In this document: one piece after another, positions 1 to 11,143 of the stretch
How positions within the stretch are numbered: position 1 is the first letter of the stretch
Layout: each line of letters begins with the position of its first letter
Assembly (NCBI GenBank): GCA_046563655.1
Contig: CM102283.1
Location: 6,820,001-6,884,000 of the forward strand
DNA: 64,000 bases
From: Yuukianura sp. NJ FZ-2021
Lineage: Eukaryota
Reading direction: 5' to 3'
The notes under the pieces: generated by a model
What the model saw: only the letters and a program-made list of their open reading frames with translations
What the model was told of the DNA's origin: nothing
Databases searched by the model: none
Program-made: the position numbers and the translations under genes

Positions 1-1874
1 GACAGAACATAGGAGAAAGACGTAGTGGTTGCGAAAAGTGCAAGTACTTCGGTCGCTCGAAGTTTACGAAGGGCTGCTAGTAACAAATAGTTTGTAGCCA
101 ACCATAGGCAGCACAGGGCAGCACATCGTCCCAGAAATTGAACTGAAACCAAAAATTTTTGAAATTTTCAAAAAATTTCAAAAAACATTTTCTGCCAAAC
201 TTTTTTTGACACTTACAGAGTGTCATTCCGCGTTCCCGGAATCCTTGAACAGCATCTGAGATGGCTCTGGACATAGTTTTCGGTCCTTTTCGGCCCATAC
301 AGGAACAGAACCTGACGGTCAACTGATGTACGGGGTAGAAGAACATTGTAGATGCAGTGAGGAGCCATGCTGTAAAAAAGGGGGCGTTATACACTAGTCG
401 GGTGTGGTCAACTGCTGGAGCGGGGGGCATTGTGGTCAGTTCAGTGGTCCTTTGGATACGCAGGTTATAGAGGGAGTTCCCCTCGGGGGACAAGTAGTGC
501 GTGTAGGGAGATATTGTGACCCCATCTAGGTCAGTCGTCGTAGGTTCAACTCCTGTCATGGGGTCAAAGTTCAAGGCGTGGTGATTGGCTGCGAACAGTT
601 CAGTTGTCATGTAAGCTCTCTTGATGGCATGGATAATCGTTGTCCAACAGAAACCAACCACCAGGGACAGAAACGCTCCGCAACATAACTAGGAATATTC
701 AACAAGTTAAACAAATTAGGCTCTTATCGATTTGTAATTTGGCATAATTGACCAATTTGCAAAAAAAAAAATGGAAAGGAAAGAAAAAACGGAAGAAAAA
801 AGTTCGCAGCTTTGAAAAAATCAACCCAGCCGTTTCAAGTGTTTACTATTTTTGTGGAAATTTCGCTAATGGCGAGCTCGACTAAAAATTGGGAAAACAA
901 GTCATCAAAGTTTCAAAATCTTAATTTGCGGCCGTCAAATTGCAAAAAGTAAAATTTTGCAAGAAGACCCACAAAAAAAGTTCAAATAAAGGCATGAAAA
1001 TCATGCAAACTAAAAAATTAACAACAAAATCCCAAAAACTCAAATTTTATCATATGGATTTCTTAAAACAAATTTTCTCACACGGAAATTTAAAAAAAAA
1101 TGAAATTGTGTTACAAATTTTTCAGGACAAATATTTTGTGAATTTTTTAACTAAAATCATGTAAAAAGTGTTACACATCACAAACAAAGTTGAAACAGTC
1201 GAATGAAAAATTCAAAACCGAGAAATTGTGTCACAAAAATCCAGAAATAGCAAAAACTAGCACTGCCAAATATTTTTTCGCACTTTTTTGTTTACCTTTC
1301 TAGCCGTTTTACTGAAAATAGCTCTCCGAATAATTCCGAACGTTTTGGCAATAGGTTTCAAATTGGTATTGTTATTGTTATTATTATTATGATGTCCACT
1401 GTCTCTGCCATCCCTGTGAGGGGGATGACTATGCAGTCCTCTGTCGAACGACGACTGATGAATCAGTGAACTCTCCAGTGTCACAATGGCATTTGTGTTA
1501 CTTTGGGCTTGGACGTCCGCTAACAGTGGAACGCTGGATGCTGACGTGCCAGACCCAGCCGAACTGAGTCCAGTCCGTCGTCCACTAGTACTTTCCCCAC
1601 CACTCATTGGTCCATTAGTCCCACCACCACCAACTGATCTGTCAAATGTAACTGCCCGATGGACGGGATAGTTGTAGTCGTCACCGTCATCGTCCGTTAC
1701 AACTACAGACGGATTCCGTGTCCGTCCATGACTGCCTTCACCAAATAGTTGACTAACAGCAGCCGAATTTCTTCTGAGTTTTCTCGGATTGAAAATTGCT
1801 GAAATCCCTCCAGACACTTCAGAGAGCCGACGAGATCGGCCACCCACTGACGGTTGCTGCCCGTCGTTACTCAT
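1..1874 (-). CDS. SLC35F3/SLC35F4-like (putative thiamine) transporter, 3' end outside the window
   Basis: Exons 1874-1296, 688-217 and 142-<1 splice in frame at GT-AG sites. They give ...IFSKTARK/LCCGAFLSLVVGFCW...YNAPFFTAW...QFLGRCAALCCLWLATNYLLLAALRKLRATEVLALFATTTSFSYVLS, matching SLC35F3/4 motifs (APF..TW; TNYLYL.AL.KL..TDV.ALF). Confidence 0.8.
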
Positions 1875-3235
1875 TTTGTACTCGGAAGAGGCGGACGAGG
1901 GGAGTTCGTTAGGTTCTAATGGGTTTTAGGTTGGTTAGGTTTAGTAGGTTTTGTGTCCAAATGGCTTTTGGCTTGGTCCTAATCCAAATTTTGGCACATG
2001 CTAAAGCTAACAAATGGAACTGGGCTTGAAAAGCCTCTCACTCCAGCTTTTCTCTCGCCTTGGACTTTCTCTTCACGTTCAGTTTTAGTCAGGCGATGCG
2101 ACAGGGACAAACTTTGATGTGTCTTCGACTGTTTCTGGAAGGTCAAGAAAAAAACAAAGGTCAAATGGTTTTTTACGTGATGAACTGCGAAAAAAACAAC
2201 ATGTACATCTCGTGGTTGACTTATCTACAGTTAGGCTGTTAAACTTCAACTTGGAAATGCTTACAAACTTACAATAGAAAGAAAGTAACTTAAAACGCGC
2301 GACTCGTTTAGAATTTGGAACAGGAAATGTCAAAGCCAGAAACACGGAGAATTTGGAGCACAAAGAAACTCCAAGGAGAAAGTTACAAGGCCCTTTTTTG
2401 TGCCAACTTTTTTTCTCAAAACCTTGAAATTCTGCCAAAATCAGCTGTGCATTAGAAAAACAAAACACTTACTTGTTTTATGGCATAAGGATTTCAGCCT
2501 TTCAGCGTCATTTAACTTCAGTCAAACAGTAAATTCCAAATGTTTTCAGTCTTTTTAAAACAACTCTTTGAAAATGTGTTTACAATCACATTTTTTACAA
2601 AGTCAAACTGTCTTGTTCAGACTATTTCAAAACATGTCTCAAGATTTAGGCTAAATACACTCCCTTTTTACTTTTGAAACAAGATTTTCTTTTGGCAAAA
2701 ACTTAAGAAGACAAATGAAGTAAAACTGAATCGGAAAATCGTTTGAAGCACAAAAGCTTTCACTTCTGGACGAAAATCATGATTTATGTAAACAGCCATT
2801 TTGGTTTTCTATTCGATTTTCCTCAGAAAATCAATCACATACCACTTTGGCTGATTCCGAGAAATCGATTATTTGCCAACTCCGGATGTCCATTTTGAAG
2901 TTTCGAAAATCCAAAAACTGAACAACAAAAAGCACTAAAAGTTTTAAACTTTTGATAAAAAGTTTCACTAAAAGTTCAGTCAACTTTCTTCACAGTAAAT
3001 CCAATTCTAACAAACTTTTACAGAAACAGAATTTTTATGTTCAAGAATTCAAAAATCAAGTAAAAATTTCTACTAAACTAAAAAAAATGAAAAGATCGTG
3101 CAGCTTCGTCCACGGCAGAAATCGAACTGAATTGAATTTTAGGTAAAACACGGTACGACTTCTGTTTTAAGAAAATTAGAATTCCAGAAAACGTTCAATA
3201 CTCATCATCATCATTCATCGGAGTCATTTTACGGC

Positions 3236-3267
3236 ATTTACGAATTTACGAATTTACGAATTTACGA
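3236..3267. repeat. Short tandem repeat (ATTTACGA)x4
   Basis: Directly visible: atttacga repeated four times. Confidence 0.85.
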
Positions 3268-5161
3268 CTACTCCCTTGTACTCTATGTCATTTACTGGTC
3301 AATCCACTCCATCTTAATTTCTTCCTTGGACTAGAAGTGTCCAAAGCGTAATGAAACGCAGAATAAAGAAAAATCAAAATTGGCAAGAAAAAAATGTTTA
3401 TGGAAAAACTTTTATCTGGATTGAAAAGCAAATGCCCTTCACATGTTTATTATGCTATGTTTATCATTAGCTTAATTACTGTGTCCAAAAACCAACAATT
3501 TTGTGCCGGGAGAAAGTTAATTTGTAGGTAAAAAGTAAAATTATGCTTCTCTAGTCAAGTGTGGGAAAATCCAGGAGATTTTGAATGGATTTCTAGCGTG
3601 TGAAGTTTTATAGATTGAATTTAGAGATTAATCGAGTACGTTCCTCACCTTGGATTTTTGGATATGCAGGGATTCCAGCATTACAGTGTGCTTCGACACT
3701 CACAGTCTGTGCACTTGAACCAGAAAATTTTCAAGTGTAACTTTGACCTTAAGTTAGTAGGTCACTAGGTCACTTTCACTCTATTCACAAAAGCGGACAA
3801 TGGAGGATATGCGACTATTTCAAAAGTCTAGAAATTTGAAACTGACTAAAATTGCTCTTGTAACACAAAAGTTGTGGAAATTAATGTTGTTGGGGACTGT
3901 GCGTAAAAATAAGAGTAATCGGATGGCCTAAATTCCATTTCTCTTGCTTTGCCAAGCCTTCAAGCACTTTCACTCTCTTGGCATGTCCAAAAAAGTGTTG
4001 TCTGCTGCTGCAAAGTTTCATCTTCATCTTCTGTAGTGTAGAGCACATGCGTTTTAACTTTCACCCAGGAATTGCATGAGACCTGGGATAGGTTAGGTTA
4101 GACCTGGAGAGTTACTTCCGCCAAGGATGTATCCTCTCTCCTGTGTTGCTCAAAATAGCTCTCGTGGAAAGTCTCCTGCTGAGCACTGGGGCGGAGAAAG
4201 CTATTGCGGAAGAGGCTGATTTCGCTAAGATACTTTACCACTACTACTACTAGTACCGTAAAACTTCCAGCACAGACCTATATCCGATTAAAGTCGCTTA
4301 TCTGCTATAACAGACTGAGTGAGATGTAAGGAATCTAAAATTGAATAAATCCCTGCTTTCTAACACAAGCTTGGTCTGGAGGCGGCAAGAATAATTAGAA
4401 GCCCGGGGACCTATTAGAAGTTTTACGGTAAATTCATGGTTCGATGGCATGGAGGACGACGATGGTCGTTGTGAAAATGGAATATCCATTCCCGTCCGCG
4501 ACAGAGACTAAGCTTTCTCTTCCTTTCAATTAAACTTCTCGTTTTTTCCTCAGTTTCAATTACACTTTCTCTCTCAAAATTCAATTATACTTTTCCAACT
4601 TTCGTAAGACTTAGTTTTCGTTATCGTGTAATCTGGAACTTGTAGGAAAGATTTCTTTTTAATACCATGCAAAAAATGGCGATGGCGAAATTTAAAAAAA
4701 TGTATAATTTCGAAAACTTTGTACAGTTGAAATGACTTTCAATTTATAAATCATTTTTACTGGTAGATGAAGCCTTGAAAATCTTAAGAAAACACTTAGA
4801 AAACAGAAGTTTAGATAAAACGAGAACCAAAAAAGTTCTTCTTCTTTTTCAAAATTATTCATGTTTGATTAACCAAAATCCAAACAAGAAAGAAAATTGT
4901 GGAATTGAAACAAAAATGGTAAAGAAGAGACGCGGTGGAGAAAGTTAATACGGAGAAAAGATTTGGATTTTGCTTTCTCTGTTACACTGCCGCCAAATTC
5001 ATATTTTTCTTGAGAAATAAAAATAAAAACATAAATAAATAAAAACTAAAATTTTGAAATTCGGTTTCACATTCGTTTTCGTGTAAGTGGTACTTTGTTT
5101 ATTTTGACATTGATTTTTTTAATTGTCTGTTTACTGATTTATTCTGATTTCTTTTAGGACA

Positions 5162-6111
5162 ATGACACCTCGGTTGATATACCCGTACTTGCGTCATATC
5201 CTCAATTTATCATCGTTATCAGTCAAGTAAGAATGACCAGTTGTCATATTCGGTATTAGTAATCGATTATTCATTCCTGTCGTCACTAATCTTTAACTCT
5301 GTTTGATGGTTTTCGTCTTTAGATCTCATGGTCGAAAGCTAAATTCAACCCCATCAGCGATAATCCAACTGCAGCGAGTCGAACGTGCTCCCAGATTCAG
5401 GAATTACTCTGATGAAGCTGCCGCCGTTTCAAAAGAAGATACAAAACCAGCCGAAGAGCAGCGTGACCCCAAAATCCGTGACCCCACCAAGGAAGTGTCT
5501 GTGGAGACTAGTATGCGATACTTGAAAAGTACTGGTAAGAGGAATAGACCCTAGACAACTATGCATCATGTTAGAAATCGAACGCTTTGAAAATAATTTT
5601 CAACTGATTTGATTTTCAGCATACCGGGACACTTACGGGGGCAACAAGGTTTGGGTCCTTTATCGTCGGAACTTCCCGGGTCAATTTGCGCCCAAGAAGA
5701 CACGAGAAAAGTGCTATGTAAGCCAAGACGTGATTCAATTCTGAAAATACTGCGGACGCTTGAAACGTGTTACCACACAAGTATATTCGTTTGATATTTT
5801 AGATTAATGGGAGGCTGAATACTGGAAACCCTTGTCCAATTTGTCGAGATGAATACCTGGTCCTGGACTACCGGAATGTTGACCTTCTCAAGCAGTTTAT
5901 TTCGCCCTTCAATGGCGCCATTTTGGGATACGACAAAACAGGACTATGCCAGGAGAGGCACTTTAAACTTCTTGTGGAAATTGACAAGGCCAAAGACTAT
6001 GGAACGATTAGTTTTGACGTTCCATTTCGGGAGTTTAATTACGAAGAGTACTATCCAAAGGAGGCACTCCAGAAATTAAGGAGTAATTCAACCAATCCTG
6101 ACGCAAGTTAA
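5162..6111 (+). CDS. mRpS18B: Mitochondrial 28S ribosomal protein S18b
   Basis: Exons 5162-5226, 5323-5534, 5620-5717 and 5803-6111. Protein has VETSMRYLKSTAYRDTYG..VWVLYRRNF..KTREKC..TGNPCPICRD..LDYRNVDLLKQFISP..TGLC, the MRPS18B signature. Confidence 0.93.
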
Positions 6112-6414
6112 TTCACAGTTCCAAAGATTACTAAAAGGAAGTTTTTTGAGTGCAAATATTTCATATGGCAACATAACATACAAAAGTTTGTATTATTTAA
6201 TGTAACTCGATTCTTTTCAGTAACAAAGTATGTTGTGTTTGAACAATTTGACAAGTCAATTTCAAAGTTCGTTTTTTACTTGAAATATGCCGGAATCTTA
6301 GTCAAATGAATTGGTTCTCGGGTAATTCCTTTGCGCGGACGTTGCTATTTATGGTTTCTAGCATAATATGGACGACCACGTTCGTAGGTAAGTTTCACTT
6401 TTCACTATTTTGAC

Positions 6415-7746
6415 ATGTCTATTTTTAAGATTATAACGACTATAACTGTGTTTTTAATTACTTTAGGATGTCTAGTTGAAGAACAATGTGAAGAAGTCAA
6501 AATGGATTCCCAGTATTGTCCGCTCAGGCCTACTTCGTCCTTCCGCATGAATAGAAAGTGGACATTGTCGTACGAAGTTTGTGACTCGGAGATTCTTCCA
6601 ATTTGTGTCACTGCTCCCCGTCGTAAACTAACCGTCACCACAATTAAACCGAAGATAAAGGTTCCTACTACAACCAAAACTACTACTACTACGACTCCTA
6701 AGCCTGTTACCCAAAGCAAAGTAGATCAAGACTGCGAAGAGGTCACAAGTCAATGCGACAATTCCACGACATGGCTAACTTTCAAGACAACAATCGACAT
6801 GGCCAAACTTAAATCTCAAGCACGAAAACAGAAACCTGCAGAAAATGATGAAGGCCCAAAGTGTGAAGAAGTCACAAGCGAATGTGACACGTCCACAACA
6901 TGGCTAACATTCAAGACAACAATTGACATGGCCAGACTTAAATCTCAAGCACGAAAACAGAAGCCTCCAGAAAATGATGAAGGTCAAAAATGTGAAGAGG
7001 TCACAAGCGAATGTGACACGTCAAAAACATGGCTAACTTTCAAGACAACCATTGACATGGCTAAGCTTAAATCTGAAGCTCGCAAGCGGAAGCCTGTCAC
7101 CCGTCCTCCTTTGGTGTCAGAAAAGCCACCAACGGAAGAGGCAACTGAAAGTCAAGAGTGTGAAGAAGCCAGAAGCCGATGTGACATGTCCACGAGATGG
7201 TTAAAATACAAGACAACAATTGACCTTGCATGGCTAAAGTCGAAAGCTCGGAAACCGAAACCAATTGTTACTAAACCTCCGGTTTTATCAGAAACTTCGT
7301 CACAACTTCCGCCGACGAAAGCAACTACAGAGCTACAAAAGCTTGAACCTAAGCCTAACTTGGCGCCGCCGTCGAATTTTAAGGAGCTCCAAGATGTATT
7401 CCGGAATTTCCCTGTGTCCAGAGGGCATTTCGCTGTTCCTGGAGTCCGACAGAACGTTTTCGTCAATCCTGATTCGACTACTAGAGCAAGGACTGGAACT
7501 GACGATGGCCGTCACCAAGCACTCACTGCAGATCATCCACTGGATGTCAATTTATGGAAGGTTCGCAAGACGCTTGCTGATGTTTGGAAGGCAGAGGAGC
7601 GGTTTGAGGTCCTTGCAGCAGCGGCGCAGCAAAAACGACGTCGTATCGAACAAAAAGAAGCTGCTGCACGGCGATTCGCCTCGGGCATGCGCAGACGACA
7701 ACCGGGCGTGAACCTTGAATGGGACTATTTCCATCCCGCGATGTAA
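6415..7746 (+). CDS. Uncharacterised intronless secreted protein (443 aa) with Cys-pair tandem repeats
   Basis: Single ORF with an N-terminal hydrophobic signal-like segment, a Thr-rich linker and four copies of CEE.{4}CD...WL.{2}KTTID.A.LKS.ARK. No recognised family. Confidence 0.8.
   Translation: MSIFKIITTITVFLITLGCLVEEQCEEVKMDSQYCPLRPTSSFRMNRKWTLSYEVCDSEILPICVTAPRRKLTVTTIKPKIKVPTTTKTTTTTTPKPVTQSKVDQDCEEVTSQCDNSTTWLTFKTTIDMAKLKSQARKQKPAENDEGPKCEEVTSECDTSTTWLTFKTTIDMARLKSQARKQKPPENDEGQKCEEVTSECDTSKTWLTFKTTIDMAKLKSEARKRKPVTRPPLVSEKPPTEEATESQECEEARSRCDMSTRWLKYKTTIDLAWLKSKARKPKPIVTKPPVLSETSSQLPPTKATTELQKLEPKPNLAPPSNFKELQDVFRNFPVSRGHFAVPGVRQNVFVNPDSTTRARTGTDDGRHQALTADHPLDVNLWKVRKTLADVWKAEERFEVLAAAAQQKRRRIEQKEAAARRFASGMRRRQPGVNLEWDYFHPAM
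6733..7260 (+). repeat. Coding tandem repeat, 129-bp (43 aa) unit x3 plus a diverged fourth copy
   Basis: First Cys codons at 6733, 6862 and 6991 (period 129), then 7159. Confidence 0.9.
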
Positions 7747-7859
7747 AGGAGATTCCTCCGAGTTGAAATACTATCGCAATCCAGCCGTAAATATTTGCAC
7801 ACGATCCTTACATTTATCTGACTAGACTTTTATTAAATCAATTCAAAACCAATTAAATT

Positions 7860-8129
7860 AAAAAAAAGTAGCACAAGACCGAACCTGTGGTCGACAGCCA
7901 GTTCAGGGTCATCCTTTTTCCATTCGCCACTGTCCTTCCTCAACTAGCCCAACTAGTCCAGCATCCAAATAATAGGTAGAAGACCTATCAGGCCTGTCAA
8001 AGATAGACTGTGGCTTTAAATAGTAAAGGAGGTCGTTTACCGGTAACAACACAACAGACCCAGGCAGGATTCGAACCCGCATCACCACTGTAAACCGGTG
8101 TGCTTTAGATCCACTAGGACACTTGCCCC
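7860..8129 (-). mobile_element. tRNA-derived SINE-like element (head, ~190-bp body, T-run)
   Basis: Minus-strand head 8129-8056 has an A-box-like TCCTAGTGG and a B-box GGTTCGAATCC with a paired T-arm. The acceptor stem is broken. A unique body follows, ending in a T-run at ~7867-7860. Confidence 0.55.
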
Positions 8130-8322
8130 ATACTTAAGATTTTTGGTTCAATAATACTATTTCGAGCATTTTTGTTACGAAATATTTATTTATTTCCCCA
8201 TGCCCGTAATGTTAAGCTAGTAAATATTTCCAGCTTTTTCAGTAAATATTGCATTTATTTAAATATTTCGCTGGTTTTTAGTAAATATTTTTTGCAACCC
8301 TGATTATCACTAATAGACACGA

Positions 8323-8396
8323 AGACCCAGGCAGGATTCGAACCTGCGTCGCATCTGTTTACCGGTGTGCTCTATTCCACTTGGGCAAATTGCCCC
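8323..8396 (-). mobile_element. Second tRNA-derived SINE head / tRNA pseudogene
   Basis: GGGCAATTTGCCCAAGTGG...GCAGGTTCGAATCCTGCCTGGGTCT is homologous to the 8056-8129 copy. The T-arm is perfect; anticodon and acceptor stems are unpaired. Confidence 0.6.
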
Positions 8397-8954
8397 CACG
8401 TGATAGTTTGCCTTCAAGAGATCCACTATTAAGGCTAAAGAAAGATACATCTCGCGTCAGATGAGCTTATTTACATCTTATTCGATTCTGACTAAAATCG
8501 GAATCAGTAAATTCCGATTTGACGTTGAATTGAAAAACAATTACTTATGCAGTCCAATTTCAGAATGGTACACACAAAGATTAGTTGATTCGAATTTTTC
8601 CAACTTCGCTCTTGGTTTTTGTCTTGAACGAAAGACGAACAAAACAAGAAAACAGATTAGGCGAAAATGGTCCCGTATGAGCCAATCGTAGTGCACGCGT
8701 GTTGATGAAGTCTTTTGGTTTCCGTAGCGGGAGAAAAAAATTTAAAACCATCATATGGTTGAGGAGGACCGCGATAGAGTTTTTTTTTATTATTGTTTTG
8801 GTTAAAATAAAAATTTCAAACTGAACAATTACTAATTGATATTGATAATTAATTACTATTTTCATAATTTGCTTTCTGTAATTAGAGGAAAATGATTTTA
8901 CGATCTGTATCATCCGTCTTTTTTAACAATTCATATGCTAGAACATCGAACTGG

Positions 8955-9736
8955 ATGCTGAAAAACTCAAGGTAAAAGTTTTCATTATTTAATTGTTCTG
9001 ACTTTTTTTTGAATCGTTACTCAACTTGTGATGTTTTTACTTTTAGTCGAACGTGGCTGGACGTACCGCTAAAAGCAATAGGATGTAGAACGTTTACGAC
9101 GATTCCCGAGAATACTGGTAACATTGGAAGTGGACCTGCTACTGGCACGACGACTGGAATAGACAAAGCAAGTACTTCAACTACCGTTAGTAAATTCCTC
9201 AGTGACGCAAATTCAACCCTCGCTTCAGAACGGAGGCTTGCTACCGATGACAGTATGTAGAAAATATTTGAATCAAAGTTATGTTTGTGGTTGCATCAAA
9301 CTTAAATTCCGGATTTATCATAATGATTTCAGTGACATCTCAAGACGCTGTACTTCCGGATAAATTGTACAAGACAATTGAATTGGAATTGCTCGCATAT
9401 GAACCAGCAGTGTTAGACAGCTACGAATGGTTCCTGGTCACCGCTGCGTCCCATTTGGGCATTGAAGTGGGAAGAGTCTGGGCACCGCGGAAATCCGACA
9501 AGTATCGATTTCCACTTCTCAAGTCTGCTCATGTCCACAAGAAACATAGAGTCCACTACGAAATCAGAACTTATCACAAGTTTATCACTCTGAAGAAACT
9601 TACTGGCTCCACTGCTTCAACATATTTGGAATACATCCAGCGAAATATTCCTGAAGGCATTGGAATGAAAGTATCCCGATTAGAAGTTCTTCCTAAACCA
9701 TCTTACGTGAGTGCATTATCAAGTTCCGTTAGTTAA
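8955..9736 (+). CDS. mRpS10: Mitochondrial 28S ribosomal protein S10
   Basis: Exons 8955-8971, 9047-9252 and 9333-9736. Protein has DKLYKTIELEL.AYEPAVLDSYEWF...LLKSAHVHKKHRVHYEIRT...LTGSTASTYLEYIQRNIPEG. Confidence 0.93.
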
Positions 9737-10091
9737 ATTATCGTTCTTTGTCTCCTCCGACCCGTCACGTAATGTTTTTCAAGATTAATAAAGTTCTGCT
9801 TGCACAGGGTTCAATCTGTTTGTTCTTGAACTTTTCAAGGACCTAGGCGAAGGACAAGCTATTTGTCTTTCATATTTGTTTAGGGTCCTATAAAATTGTC
9901 TTTCCCTTGACTCATATTGTTTTGGTTCCCATTTCACATGTGTTGTTGACATGGATGAGTTAATTTTAGTTGAACTTCATCTTTCTACTTTTCAAGGCCG
10001 AGCTAGGGATAAAACCCAACTGATTTTGTTTCCGAAATCTCAGTTAGAATTTTTTGAAAAACGGAGACAGTCAGACAAAGTTAAGCTGAAA

Positions 10092-10735
10092 ATGGTTTGT
10101 CACAAAATGATTGGTTTGATGGTTATCATCTGTTTAGCAACTGTTGTAGATGCATTCTCCGTCAGTGGTGAGTCACTCAAATTTTTTTAAATGATCATTT
10201 TTAAAAATTGTCTTTAGAAAAATGATTAATCCTGTTTAATTTTGAGGTTGGAATGGAGGTTCACAATTTCAATCAATTCAGCCTGTAACGAGGTCACAAG
10301 GAAGCGGACGTACTGGTGCCCAATGGGGAAGACCAATTCAGAAACCCATTATCCTTCCATGTGATGGATCGCCTGAGATCACAAGGGCTTGTGACACTTT
10401 CTGCAAGTCGATTCGAGCTGCGGAAGGTGCTTGTGTACCAGTCCAATTAACTTGTGGATGTACTGGAGGAAGTTTGGCAGAACCAGCTCCTGCCAATACT
10501 GGTTAGTTCGTGAAAGTTTAACCGTACTCCGCGCTTTAAACAAAGTACCTCAAATTAAAAAGTATTTTCTATGGTATTTCTTTTAGGAGCTGTTTCACCT
10601 CAAGCTCCACCGGAAAACGGAATTCAGATTGTTCCAGCTCCGGATTTGTCTCAAACTCCGGTAAATCCTGCAACTGAAACAGTTCGTGCTGAACATACCC
10701 GAAAGAGAAGACATTCGCCGTCCTGGAGAGTTTGA
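10092..10735 (+). CDS. Secreted CS-alpha-beta (invertebrate defensin-like) precursor with N- and C-terminal extensions
   Basis: Exons 10092-10167, 10247-10501 and 10587-10735 with phase-1 introns. Encodes a signal peptide, then CDGSPEITRACDTFCKSIRAAEGACVPVQLTCGC (C-x9-C-x3-C-x9-C-x6-C-x-C), then a Pro-rich tail ending RKRRHSPSWRV. Not recovered by the ORF track. Confidence 0.75.
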
Positions 10736-11143
10736 AAATCCTTACTCTGTTACGCCGAGTAACTTACTCTGCATAACTTTCTCCTTTTGATACCTTTCGT
10801 GTCCATGTAACTTTATTAACCTTTGACCTTGTCTATACTTTTCGTTGAGTTTCATGCCTCAGGACACGGGAAGACAATAGAGATAGCATATTTCGTTTTT
10901 CATTTCTGTAACAGAAATTCTGTTCATTTTACAGTTCATGTAATGTCAAGTACCAATCCGAGAAATTGTTCAAATTAGATCACTTATCCCACTTTAGAAT
11001 TTGATTAGGATTAACGTTATCTTCACGAGTGCAAAATTAGTCAATTGGAAATTAATGAGGCAATTCAAAAATAAAATTTAAGTTTAAATTGAGTTGGAAA
11101 TTCCGAACCACAAAGTTTTTCAGTTTTTTTTGAAACAGTCGCA

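Noticed and set aside
8056-8396. Two functional tRNA genes
   Set aside because: Acceptor stems mispair and the anticodon arms are irregular or unpaired; better explained as SINE heads or pseudogenes.
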